This document shows positions 35,430-44,663 of a stretch of DNA of 64,000 nt, in pieces. The stretch is from NCBI RefSeq assembly GCF_000026545.1, contig NC_011601.1. One strand, written 5' to 3'. The notes beneath the pieces were generated by a model. That model worked only from the letters and a program-made list of their open reading frames with translations. It was not told the DNA's origin and did not search any database. A program made the position numbers and the translations under genes. This DNA comes from Escherichia coli O127:H6 str. E2348/69. Lineage in GTDB: Bacteria > Pseudomonadota > Gammaproteobacteria > Enterobacterales > Enterobacteriaceae. The stretch's first letter is position 1; the number at the start of each line of letters is the position of its first letter.

Positions 35430-36560
35430 ATGTCAGGCTCCCTTATTCCGAACGCTCACCGCGCCCATCCCGCACATACCAGCAACGGATCTGGAGGTAA
35501 CGTGCGGATATTACTTCGACCTGTTCTGGTACCGGAACTTGGGCTGGTGGTCCTTAGGCCGGGCCGTGAATCCATGCAAGTATTTCATAACCCTCGAGTG
35601 CTGGTGGAGCCTGAACCGAAAAGCATGCGCGGTCTGCCGTCCGGAGTCGTCCCTGCCGTTCGCCAGCCGCTGGCGGAGGATAAATCATTACTGCCATTTT
35701 TCAGCGATGAGCGGGTGATTCGTGCTGCTGGCGGCGCTGGGGCACTGTCTGACTGGCTGTTGCGTCATGTCAAATCCTGCCAGTGGCCTCATGGTGACTA
35801 TCATCACAGTGAAATCGTCATACATCGTTACGGTACCGGCGCGATGGTGTTGTGCTGGCACTGCGACAACCAGTTGCGTGACCAGACATCCGAATCACTC
35901 GGGCAACTTGCTCATCAAAACCTGTCAGCATGGATGATTGACGTCATACGCCATGCAGTGAATGGCACGCAGGAGCGGGAATTATCGCTGGCTGAATTGT
36001 GCTGCTGGGCTTCTGTAAATGATGTAGTGGATGCCATGACCGAAAATATGGCGCGTCGAATCCTGAAGCTTCCGGGTGAAAAAATCCGCTCAGTATACCG
36101 CGAGAGCGACATCGTACCGGGAGAGCAGACCGCCATCAGCATACTGAAGCAGCGCACAAAAAATATTGCGCCGTTGCCTCACGCCCACCAGCAACAGAAT
36201 CCACCACAGGAAAAGACGGTGGTCAGCATTGCCGTTGATCCGGAGTCACCGGCTCAGTATCTCCAGCGCCAGAAACCACAACGGGAAGAGATGCCTGTAT
36301 ACACGCGCTGGGTAAAAACGCAGAAATGCATGACGTGTGGCAATCAGGCAGATGATCCGCATCACATCATTGGTCATGGACTGGGAGGGATGGGAACAAA
36401 GGCTGATGATTTGTTTGTTATTCCGCTGTGCCGTAAATGCCATAGCGAACTACACGCCGGGGTAAAAGATTTTGAAGAAAAACACGGCAGCCAGCTGTTG
36501 TTGCTGATTCGTTTTTTAATGCACGCGAGAAATTCGGGTGTCCTGAAGTGGAAAGCATGA
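35430..36560 (+). CDS. nin-region protein with C-terminal Cys/His cluster (DUF968-like)
   Basis: C-terminal CMTCGNQADDPHHIIGH...LCRKCHSELH zinc-finger/HNH-like motif; precedes rusA; start uncertain. Confidence 0.6.
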   Translation: MSGSLIPNAHRAHPAHTSNGSGGNVRILLRPVLVPELGLVVLRPGRESMQVFHNPRVLVEPEPKSMRGLPSGVVPAVRQPLAEDKSLLPFFSDERVIRAAGGAGALSDWLLRHVKSCQWPHGDYHHSEIVIHRYGTGAMVLCWHCDNQLRDQTSESLGQLAHQNLSAWMIDVIRHAVNGTQERELSLAELCCWASVNDVVDAMTENMARRILKLPGEKIRSVYRESDIVPGEQTAISILKQRTKNIAPLPHAHQQQNPPQEKTVVSIAVDPESPAQYLQRQKPQREEMPVYTRWVKTQKCMTCGNQADDPHHIIGHGLGGMGTKADDLFVIPLCRKCHSELHAGVKDFEEKHGSQLLLLIRFLMHARNSGVLKWKA

Positions 36561-36926
36561 ATGACTGAACGCATAGAATTTGTTTTGCCTTACCCGCCAA
36601 CGGTGAACACTTACTGGCGACGTCGTGGCAGCACATATTTTGTATCAAAAGCCGGTGAGCGTTATCGCCGTGATGTGGCGCTTATTGTTCGCCAGCAGCG
36701 GCTGAAATTAAACCTGTCCGGAAGGCTGGCGATAAAGATTATTGCAGAGCCACCGGATAAACGTCGTCGTGACCTGGACAATATCCTGAAAGCACCACTG
36801 GATGCGCTGACGCATGCCGGACTTCTCATAGACGACGAGCAGTTTGATGAAATCAATATTGTGCGCGGTCAGCGCGTTCCTGGGGGGCGGCTGGGCGTGA
36901 AGATTTACAAAATTGAGAGTGAGTGA
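36561..36926 (+). CDS. rusA: Holliday-junction resolvase RusA
   Basis: 121 aa; ...PPDKRRRDLDNILKAPLDALTHAGLLIDDEQ... matches the RusA catalytic core (RRDLDN) as recalled. Confidence 0.88.
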   Translation: MTERIEFVLPYPPTVNTYWRRRGSTYFVSKAGERYRRDVALIVRQQRLKLNLSGRLAIKIIAEPPDKRRRDLDNILKAPLDALTHAGLLIDDEQFDEINIVRGQRVPGGRLGVKIYKIESE

Positions 36927-37477
36927 TCGTAAATATGATATATCCGGAAATTACAGGCAAAAGCGGCGAGCATTTACGTCTAAAAACGCTGGAAGCCGTC
37001 TGGATCCAGGGGAAATTACGGATGTGGGGGCGTTGGTCGTATATAGGTGGTGGCAAACCAGGAAATATGTTCAATCAGTTGCTGGCATCCAAAAAACTGA
37101 CAAAAACCGCGGTCAATGAAGCCCTGCGTAGAATCAGGGAGTCAGGGATTGATAAACCAGAGCTGGAAGCATTCTTGCGAGAGATGATCGCTGGCAGACA
37201 GAAGAGCTGGTTGTCTCACTGTACTGATGCAGAGGCGTTACGCATTGATGGGGTGATAAGTAAAGCGCTTGCACGTTATCCTGGATTGATTGATATCCTG
37301 CGGCAAAGGTACGAAGGGCGGGGGATGAGTAAACGCAAAATGGCTGAATTGTTGAATGAGGTTCACCCTGAGTGGTGCTATGCAACATGCCGCAATCGTA
37401 TAGATATGTGGCTGAGAATAGCTGAGTTTATTCTGTATCCACTGATGCGAGATGCATTTTCTTTTACTGACGCTTAG
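36923..37477 (+). CDS. Putative late-gene antiterminator (Q-like)
   Basis: 184-aa ORF overlapping the rusA stop, last gene before a strong terminator, as for Q/pR'/tR'; family assignment from position plus loose similarity. Confidence 0.5.
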   Translation: MIVNMIYPEITGKSGEHLRLKTLEAVWIQGKLRMWGRWSYIGGGKPGNMFNQLLASKKLTKTAVNEALRRIRESGIDKPELEAFLREMIAGRQKSWLSHCTDAEALRIDGVISKALARYPGLIDILRQRYEGRGMSKRKMAELLNEVHPEWCYATCRNRIDMWLRIAEFILYPLMRDAFSFTDA

Positions 37478-37643
37478 AATCTGGAGGGCGTTTGTTGTTG
37501 CACGAAGAGGATTTTTGGCTGGTAGTAAGGTTTGTGCAGTTTTAGAAAAAAAGCTTGTATTTTTAGCCATAAACTGTTTCAATCCAGCTACGCTTCGCAA
37601 AGCTGTACCGCGAGGCGAATAGCAGACATGGACACCTGAAAGA

Positions 37644-37668
37644 ACCCGCTTTATGCGGGTTTTTTTTA
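37644..37668 (+). terminator. Rho-independent terminator, candidate tR'
   Basis: acccgctttatgcgggt stem-loop followed by T9, about 170 bp downstream of the Q-like gene. Confidence 0.7.
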
Positions 37669-37790
37669 TGCCTGAAAAACGGCACAGAACATTAAACGCG
37701 CTGGTTGTTGTGAATACTGGTCTTTCAGCTTGCTGGCTTTTTCGACAAGAGGTATTGGTATGTCACGTTAACCGGAAAAGGGAAAAAGGC

Positions 37791-37988
37791 ATGCTAAAAC
37801 AGCTGGATATGACCGAAACCGCCAGAGTGGTGTTTAATGAATTAAGCGTCACCGAACCGGCGACCGTCGGGGAAATTGCGCAGAATACTTACCTTTCACG
37901 CGAACGCTGCCAGTTAATACTGACTCAGCTTGTTATGGCGGGTCTGGCAGATTATCAGTTCGGTTGTTACAGACGCCTTCCGCAGTGA
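37791..37988 (+). CDS. Small hypothetical protein
   Basis: 65-aa ORF MLKQLDMTETARVVFNELSVTEPATVGEIAQ... with possible winged-helix character. Confidence 0.35.
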   Translation: MLKQLDMTETARVVFNELSVTEPATVGEIAQNTYLSRERCQLILTQLVMAGLADYQFGCYRRLPQ

Positions 37989-38138
37989 AGGCTTTTTAAT
38001 TTGTGGTAATGGGCGGCTGGTGGGTGTTAGCGGCACCTGCCAGCCATCTGCTCATGCGTTGGGGTCACAAGCAAACCTCAGGCCCATCTGCTTTGCGCAA
38101 AAGCGGTATGAGCCTATCAGAGAAGTGCTTATTGATCT

Positions 38139-39188
38139 ATGATTAATACTGTAAAAATATCCAGTTGTGAGTTAATCAACGCTGATTGCCTGGAATTTAT
38201 CCAGACCTTACCGGAAAACTCTGTCGATCTGATAGTCACAGACCCGCCATACTTTAAAGTGAAGCCCGAGGGCTGGGATAACCAGTGGGAGGGCGACGAT
38301 GATTACCTGAAATGGCTGGACCAGTGTCTGGCGCAGTTCTGGCGGGTACTGAAGCCTGCCGGAAGTCTTTACCTGTTCTGTGGTCATCGCCTGGCATCTG
38401 ACACCGAAATCATGATGCGTGAGCGCTTTAATGTGCTGAACCACATTATCTGGGCGAAGCCGTCCGGACGCTGGAACGGGTGCAATAAGGAAAGTCTGCG
38501 GGCGTATTTTCCGGCAACAGAGCGCATTCTGTTTGCAGAACATTATCAGGGACCGTATCGCCCGAAAGATGATGGCTATGTGGCACAGGGGCGCGAGCTA
38601 AAACAGCACGTCATGGCCCCGCTGATTTCTTACTTTCGTGATGCGCGTAAATCACTGGGAATAACGTCAAAACAGATAGCGGAAGCCACCGGAAAGAAAA
38701 ACATGGCTTCGCACTGGTTTGGTACCAGTCAGTGGCAGTTACCGAACGAGGGTAATTACAACAAATTGCAGGCGTTGTTTGCGCGTGTTGCGGCAGAAAA
38801 ACATCAGCGCGGGGAACTGGAAAAGCCACACCACCAGCTGGTCAGCACATACAGTGAGCTGAACCGGCAGTATACGGAACTGCTGAGTGAATATAAAAAT
38901 TTGCGGCGGTATTTCGGTGTGACGGCGCAGGTTCCGTACACCGATGTCTGGACGCATAAACCGGTGCAGTACTATCCAGGGAAACATCCGTGCGAAAAAC
39001 CGGCAGAAATGCTGCAGCAGATAATCAACGCGAGCAGTCGTCCGGGAGACCTGGTTGCAGATTTTTTTATGGGTTCAGGTTCAACGGTAAAAGCGGCGAT
39101 GGCACTGGGGCGTTGTGCGATTGGTGTTGAGCTGGAGACAGGACGTTTTGAACAGACAGTCAGGGAAGTTCAGGATTTAATCGTTTGA
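38139..39188 (+). CDS. Orphan DNA methyltransferase (N6-adenine/N4-cytosine, beta class)
   Basis: Motif IV TDPPY (LIVTDPPYF) near N-terminus and AdoMet-binding FxGSGST (FFMGSGSTV) near C-terminus; no adjacent restriction gene. Confidence 0.85.
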   Translation: MINTVKISSCELINADCLEFIQTLPENSVDLIVTDPPYFKVKPEGWDNQWEGDDDYLKWLDQCLAQFWRVLKPAGSLYLFCGHRLASDTEIMMRERFNVLNHIIWAKPSGRWNGCNKESLRAYFPATERILFAEHYQGPYRPKDDGYVAQGRELKQHVMAPLISYFRDARKSLGITSKQIAEATGKKNMASHWFGTSQWQLPNEGNYNKLQALFARVAAEKHQRGELEKPHHQLVSTYSELNRQYTELLSEYKNLRRYFGVTAQVPYTDVWTHKPVQYYPGKHPCEKPAEMLQQIINASSRPGDLVADFFMGSGSTVKAAMALGRCAIGVELETGRFEQTVREVQDLIV

Positions 39189-39237
39189 AACGGATGGGAT
39201 TGCAGAATTAATTACGCACCATTATTATTCTGCTACC

Positions 39238-39313
39238 GGCCCTTTAGCTCAGTGGTGAGAGCGAGCGACTCATAATCGCCAGGTCGCTGGTTCAAATCCA
39301 GCAAGGGCCACCA
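39238..39313 (+). tRNA. ileZ: tRNA with CAU anticodon, Ile2-like (ileZ-type of lambdoid phages)
   Basis: Hand-folded cloverleaf: acceptor GGCCCTT/AAGGGCC, D-arm GCTC..GAGC, anticodon loop CTCATAA, T-arm GCTGG TTCAAAT CCAGC, CCA end; resembles E. coli tRNA-Ile2 as recalled. Confidence 0.85.
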
Positions 39314-39320
39314 TCACATA

Positions 39321-39397
39321 CCGCCATTAGCTCATCGGCAGAGAGCGTCAGCTTTCGAAACTGGCTGTGTGGGGCCCGGGTCCCCGATGGCAATCCA
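39321..39397 (+). ncRNA. Degenerate tRNA-like element (possible pseudo-tRNA, argN-like position)
   Basis: U8A9 + D-arm GCTCATCGGCAGAGAGC and CCA end, but mismatched acceptor, 9-nt anticodon loop and atypical T-loop. Confidence 0.3.
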
Positions 39398-39410
39398 TTA
39401 TTTGCATTAT

Positions 39411-39487
39411 GCGTTGTTAGCTCAGCCGGACAGAGCAATTGCCTTCTAAGCAATCGGTCACTGGTTCGAATCCAGTACAACGCGCCA
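39411..39487 (+). tRNA. argO: tRNA-Arg (anticodon UCU)
   Basis: Cloverleaf: acceptor GCGTTGT/ACAACGC, anticodon stem ATTGC/GCAAT with loop CTTCTAA, T-arm ACTGG TTCGAAT CCAGT, CCA end. Confidence 0.9.
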
Positions 39488-39597
39488 TATTCATTCTTCC
39501 AGATTTCTTCCGGCAGAGCCTTATACTGGAATATACCTGGCTCAGGATATTGTTGAAAATATTATATGTTTGTCAAAAATAAAAGTTCTGTTAAGTA

Positions 39598-39951
39598 TTG
39601 ATTGAGTGTTTGTTATACGGTCTAATGGTTTTTTCAGTATTAAATATTTATCATTCATATGGTGTGGGTAGAGTGAATATTGATGAGGCGTCGGGGTGTT
39701 TCATCCTTAGGCAGCGTATTGATATAGTCAATGCAGCACGAGCAAAGGCCTTCAGCCGTTTGACAGTTTTGTTCTGTACTCCTGATCGTCTTTCGGGAAG
39801 AGACGTTATTCTTCTGAATAGTGATGCTATACAGAGGGTTTGCGATGAGTTCATGGTTGCTAATTCAGAATTATTTGCTCTTGTTCAGGAGTACAACAGA
39901 ATAGCCAGGACCTGTGGTATGGATGAACTTCGGATTACTCATCTGGGGTAG
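39598..39951 (+). CDS. Hypothetical protein (117 aa) at the position occupied by stx in Stx phages
   Basis: ORF directly downstream of the tRNA cluster; hydrophobic N-terminus; no recognisable family. Confidence 0.45.
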   Translation: MIECLLYGLMVFSVLNIYHSYGVGRVNIDEASGCFILRQRIDIVNAARAKAFSRLTVLFCTPDRLSGRDVILLNSDAIQRVCDEFMVANSELFALVQEYNRIARTCGMDELRITHLG

Positions 39952-40979
39952 ATACATATCTGGATTATCACCTGTTACGGTAAAAAGTGATTGCTTACTG
40001 TTTTTGTGAATGGCATTGCAGCAGCCGGATAATGTCAGTGCTGGCTGACTGTGTACTGGTGGCGGGTGTGGTGGTTGTTGCTTTCCCGTTGCTGAAAAAG
40101 AAAACGCCAGACTGTTAGCCGGAGAAATTTTTAAATACTTCACAATTCAGGCGGTTGACTGTTGTCTGGTTTGCGGGGAGTTTGTTAAAAGAAACTGGCA
40201 TGGTGAATCCACCTGTGCGGAGGGGCAATCAGCGAGTAGGTATATGGGATAATCGCGGATTCAGGTGCTGGTACTGAATTCACCGGGAGGCACCCGGCAC
40301 CATGCAATGGCACATAGCGCCACTCTCCAGCCCCTCTCCGGAGGGGCTGTTTATATTGATTTTGTCAGATGTGAGTAAACTCCTTATGGACTTTGTTGTT
40401 TTAGTCCATAAGGACATATTTGCAGAGTGCAACGGTTATTAAAGCATTCATTCAATACGTTATCTGTATTTGTAGGGCATTCCTGGCTGTTTTTGATTAA
40501 ATTCCAGAATGTTTTATTGAATGGTACTACGTTGTAAATGGTTACAGGTAGCACTTTGTTATTGAGCATGATACCTGTGTGAGTCAGTGTAAATATACTT
40601 TCAGGAGGTAAGAAAGCATCCGATTGATACCAGATTATTAATTTTATTTTACTCCATATGACTGAAAAAGATATTCCGCATGATGGCTGGATAACTGTAT
40701 CAATCACAATCCACTTCATTTAGTTTCCTTGTTTATGCCTTGCTGGTGATGTTCTGAAAAGTATAAATGATATTTTTGATTGTAAACCATAGAGCAGAAT
40801 TATTTTTCTGATGTTGTTTATTGTTTATTTAAATGCAGGGTGGTTTATATCTCGTCTTGTAGTTTATCCATGCATATCTGCTTGATGATGAGGTTTTTAT
40901 TTAAGGTATGGTTTTGTGTTTTTTCTGTATTACATGTCAGGTATTTTAAAGAATTATTTTTCAGATGGTGGAAAGAACC

Positions 40980-42830
40980 ATGGCATTTAAACACTATGAT
41001 GTTGTCAGGGCGGCGTCGCCGTCAGATCTTGCGGAAAAGCTGACACATAAACTGAAAGAGGGCTGGCAGCCGTTTGGTAGTCCGGTGGCCATAACCCCTT
41101 ATACCCTGATGCAGGCGATTGCAGCAGAAGGTGATGTGGTCGTCAGTGGTGCAACTGAGCCAGAGTGGTACTACGTCATCGTACTGGCCGGGCAATCCAA
41201 TGCCATGGCTTACGGTGAAGGGCTTCCGCTTCCGGATTCATACGATGCGCCCCATCCGCGCATTAAGCAACTGGCCCGTCGTAACACAGTGACTCCCGGT
41301 GGTGAAGTATGCGTATTTAACGACATCATTCCTGCTGACCATTGTCTGCATGATGTTCAGGATATGAGTACGATTAACCATCCCCGGGCTGACCTGAGCA
41401 AAGGGCAGTACGGCTGTGTCGGACAGGGCTTACATATTGCCAAAAAACTGCTTCCGTATATCCCTAATAATGCGGGGATCCTGCTGGTACCATGCTGTCG
41501 TGGTGGTTCGGCATTCACCCAGGGCACGGAGGGGACATTCAGCGAGTCCACGGGGGCCAGTCAGGATTCGGCTCGCTGGGGAGTGGGTAAGCCGTTATAT
41601 CAGGATCTGCTTTTCCGCACGAAGGCAGCATTGCAGAAAAACCCGAAAAACGTTTTGCTGGCGATATGCTGGATGCAGGGGGAATTCGATATGACGAATG
41701 CCAGTTACGCCCAGCAGCCAGCAGCATTTCTTGCAATGGTACAGCAGTTCCGTGCTGACTTTGCCGGGCTGGCGGCGCAGTGTCACGGTGGAAGTCCGGC
41801 ATCAGTCCCCTGGATTTGTGGCGACACGACATACGCGTGGAAACAAGAACACGGTACGCAATATGAAGTGGTATATGGTGCATATAAAGGTAAAGAATCC
41901 CAGCAGATTTATTTTGTTCCCTTTATGACCGATGGTAGCGGAGTTAATACACCGACAAACAACCCGTCAGAAGATCCTGATATTGCCGGGTCTGGTTATT
42001 ACGGTTCGGCATCCCGAACGAACAAAAACTGGGTATCATCAAATCGCCCGACGCATTTCAGCTCATGGGCGCGTCGTGGCATTATTCCCGATCGTATGGC
42101 AACTGCTATTCTGAACGTAGCCGGTCGCACCTTAGCCTTCATTAGTGGTAAGGCACCGGAAATCAAACCCTCGCCCGGCGGCGACACGCCATCGGGGCCG
42201 TCTGAAGATGCATCCGTACGCACAATCTCCCTGTTGCCGACAGCCGGAGATGCTGCTGCGCAGGGCTGGAGCATTAAGAATGGCGGAATTCAGTTGTCAG
42301 ATGGTGTATTTAAGATCACCAAGCAGAGCAATAAAACCTGGTCCCTGATGCATCCGGTGGATGACGCAATTACCCTGCTGACACAGGGCGGCAGACTGAC
42401 CTGTAAGTTCCGCCTCTCAGGCGCACTGACCAACAATCAGTTCGGGCTGGGGATTTATCTGTATACGGACGCTCCCGTTCCTGATGATGTGGCGATGACG
42501 GGTACTGGTAATCCGTTCCTGATGTCTTACTTCACTCAGACCACTGACGGCAGAGTGAATCTGATGCATCACAGGAAAGCCGGAAACACGAAGCTGGGGG
42601 AGTTCGGCGATTACGGTAACGACTGGCAGACGCTGGAGCTGGTGTTCACCGCCGGCAGTGCCACGGTTACTCCGAAACTGAATGGAGTGGCTGGCCCGGC
42701 ATTCCAGGTTATAAAAGACAGTCTGACACTGGGACTGAATGCGCTGACGCTGACGGATGTTACAAAAAATGCAGCGTATGGCGTTGAGATAGAAAGTCTG
42801 GTGCTGGAGATAAATGCACCGGCAGCATAA
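40980..42830 (+). CDS. NanS-p-type sialate O-acetylesterase (DUF1737 + SASA domains)
   Basis: N-terminus MAFKHYDVVRAASPSDLAEKLTHKLKEGWQPFGSP and GQSNAMAY esterase motif match the Stx-phage nanS-p/yjhS-like protein family as recalled. Confidence 0.85.
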   Translation: MAFKHYDVVRAASPSDLAEKLTHKLKEGWQPFGSPVAITPYTLMQAIAAEGDVVVSGATEPEWYYVIVLAGQSNAMAYGEGLPLPDSYDAPHPRIKQLARRNTVTPGGEVCVFNDIIPADHCLHDVQDMSTINHPRADLSKGQYGCVGQGLHIAKKLLPYIPNNAGILLVPCCRGGSAFTQGTEGTFSESTGASQDSARWGVGKPLYQDLLFRTKAALQKNPKNVLLAICWMQGEFDMTNASYAQQPAAFLAMVQQFRADFAGLAAQCHGGSPASVPWICGDTTYAWKQEHGTQYEVVYGAYKGKESQQIYFVPFMTDGSGVNTPTNNPSEDPDIAGSGYYGSASRTNKNWVSSNRPTHFSSWARRGIIPDRMATAILNVAGRTLAFISGKAPEIKPSPGGDTPSGPSEDASVRTISLLPTAGDAAAQGWSIKNGGIQLSDGVFKITKQSNKTWSLMHPVDDAITLLTQGGRLTCKFRLSGALTNNQFGLGIYLYTDAPVPDDVAMTGTGNPFLMSYFTQTTDGRVNLMHHRKAGNTKLGEFGDYGNDWQTLELVFTAGSATVTPKLNGVAGPAFQVIKDSLTLGLNALTLTDVTKNAAYGVEIESLVLEINAPAA

Positions 42831-43042
42831 TAAAAAAAGCCAGCGCCCACTCTGAAGGACGCTGGCTAAAACGGGTAGATGTACTTCACATGATACTTAT
42901 ACTTGGCAGTACATTTTCTGACAGACAGTGACGGATGTTGTCAAGATATTGTGTCATTTATAACCTGAATCAGGGGTTGGCCGGAATGTTATCTGGCATT
43001 TTTAGCAGAGCCTGAATGCCATAATCACGGCTCCCGGCGTTG

Positions 43043-43073
43043 GCCGTCAGTGGGTGACACTGGCGGCTTTTTT
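43043..43073 (+). terminator. Rho-independent terminator
   Basis: gccgtcagtg...cactggcggc stem followed by T6. Confidence 0.6.
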
Positions 43074-43085
43074 GTGCACAGAAAA

Positions 43086-44663
43086 CCCCCAGCTAGGCTC
43101 TGTCTCTTATACACAAATCCCCACCCGGGGATTTGTGATGTCTGTCAGTCTGCTTTAGGGGGACTCTTTCCATCCGGTAGTTTCCTTCCTCCCCGGCAGC
43201 GATTTTTTGAACTTTTTCCTCACCCGTTGATCTTCTCTTATATTTCATTTTCTTCGGGTCTGTTATGGTACTTTCTGATTGTTATTCATGGGCTAACGAG
43301 CAGTTTGGACATGCCCGTCTCGGTGATCCGCGTCGTACACGACGCCTTGTGTCACTGGCCTCTTCTCTCGCTCAGCATGCAGGTCTTTCTATTGTGAAAT
43401 CATCCCAGTCCACTGCTCAGGTTGAAGGTGCGTACCGCCTGATACGTAACCCGTCTGTGTCCCCGCAAGCCATTGCCGAAGCCGGATTTACCGCCACTGT
43501 AAGGGCATGTGAGGCTCATCCGCTGCTCCTCGCGCTGGAAGACACCACCACCATTAACTTCAGTCACAGTACGGCATCTGATGACCTGGGGAATACCACC
43601 ACTAACCCGAAGACGCGCGGGCTGCTGGCTCACTCTGTCCTGATGTACGCCCCCGACAGCGCCCTGCCAGTCGGTCTTATCGAACAGCAGCGCTGGAGTC
43701 GTGCCACGGACACCTACGGTGTTAAGCACCAGCGAAAAGAACGTCCCTATGAAGAAAAAGAAAGTTACCGCTGGCAGCAGGCTTCGGAGCGCATGGCCGA
43801 ACGGCTGGGGGAGATACAGAAACGGGTAATCACTGTCTGTGACCGGGAAGCGGATATCTGGCATTACCTGCATTATAAAGTCAGCCACGGGCAGCGCTTC
43901 GTGGTGCGTGCAGCACAGAATCGCCGGCTGGAAGAAGCACCCGGCAAGCTCTTCGAACTGCCGGAAGTCCTGGCAACCGCGGGAAGCCACACGCTGAATG
44001 TGATGCAAAAAGGCGGGCGGGCAGCCCGCCAGGCCCGGATGTTCATCAGTTACAGCGAAGTCAGCATAAAAAATCCCGACAACAGCGGCCAGGCGCTCCC
44101 GCTCACGTATGTCTGTTGCCGGGAGCAGGCAGAGGACGGCGCCTGCTGGCATCTGCTGACGTCAGAAAAAGTGGCGAGTGCCGCCGATGCGCGACGTATC
44201 GTCAGCCATTACGAGCGACGCTGGCTGATAGAGGAATACCACAAGGCGTGGAAAAGTGGTGGTACATGTGTGGAATCGCTGCGAATGCAGACCCGGGATA
44301 ACCTCGAGCGCATGGTGGTTATCAAGGCGTTTATCGCGGTGCGGGTGCTGGGCCTGCGGCAGGGCGGTATCAGTGAAGAAACACAAAATGACAGCTGTGA
44401 GAAAATACTGACGCCGACAGAGTGGAAACTGCTGTGGGTTAAGCTGGAAGGAAAACCGCTTCCGTCACAGATGCCGACACTGAAATGGGCCTGTCTGAAA
44501 CTGGCGAAACTGGGGCGATGGCATGACAGCAAACGCACCGGTCGCCCCGGTTGGGTAGTCATGTGGGATGGCTGGTTCAGACTTCAGGATATGGTTGAGG
44601 GTTACCTGGTGATGAAGTCTCTTGATCAGGAGATCTGATCAAGAGACAGAGCTAGGCTGGGGG
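43086..44663 (+). mobile_element. IS4-family (IS50-like) insertion sequence
   Basis: Imperfect terminal inverted repeats CCCCCAGCTAGGCTCTGTCTCTT (43086) and revcomp of aagagacagagctaggctggggg (44639-44663), containing the CTGTCTCTT motif of IS50 ends; Tn5-Tnp-like transposase inside. Confidence 0.8.
43265..44638 (+). CDS. IS50-like DDE transposase
   Basis: 457 aa, colinear with Tn5 transposase as recalled (LGDPRRTRRLV..., ...YERRWLIEEYHKAWKSG..., ...NLERMV...). Confidence 0.85.
   Translation: MVLSDCYSWANEQFGHARLGDPRRTRRLVSLASSLAQHAGLSIVKSSQSTAQVEGAYRLIRNPSVSPQAIAEAGFTATVRACEAHPLLLALEDTTTINFSHSTASDDLGNTTTNPKTRGLLAHSVLMYAPDSALPVGLIEQQRWSRATDTYGVKHQRKERPYEEKESYRWQQASERMAERLGEIQKRVITVCDREADIWHYLHYKVSHGQRFVVRAAQNRRLEEAPGKLFELPEVLATAGSHTLNVMQKGGRAARQARMFISYSEVSIKNPDNSGQALPLTYVCCREQAEDGACWHLLTSEKVASAADARRIVSHYERRWLIEEYHKAWKSGGTCVESLRMQTRDNLERMVVIKAFIAVRVLGLRQGGISEETQNDSCEKILTPTEWKLLWVKLEGKPLPSQMPTLKWACLKLAKLGRWHDSKRTGRPGWVVMWDGWFRLQDMVEGYLVMKSLDQEI

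Noticed and set aside
40384-40719. 111-aa minus-strand ORF in AT-rich DNA upstream of nanS-p
   Set aside because: AT-rich low-complexity translation with no RBS or motif; probably non-coding
39500-40980. Shiga toxin genes stxA/stxB
   Set aside because: Expected here by analogy with Stx phages, but no ORF in any frame resembles StxA or the 89-aa StxB precursor
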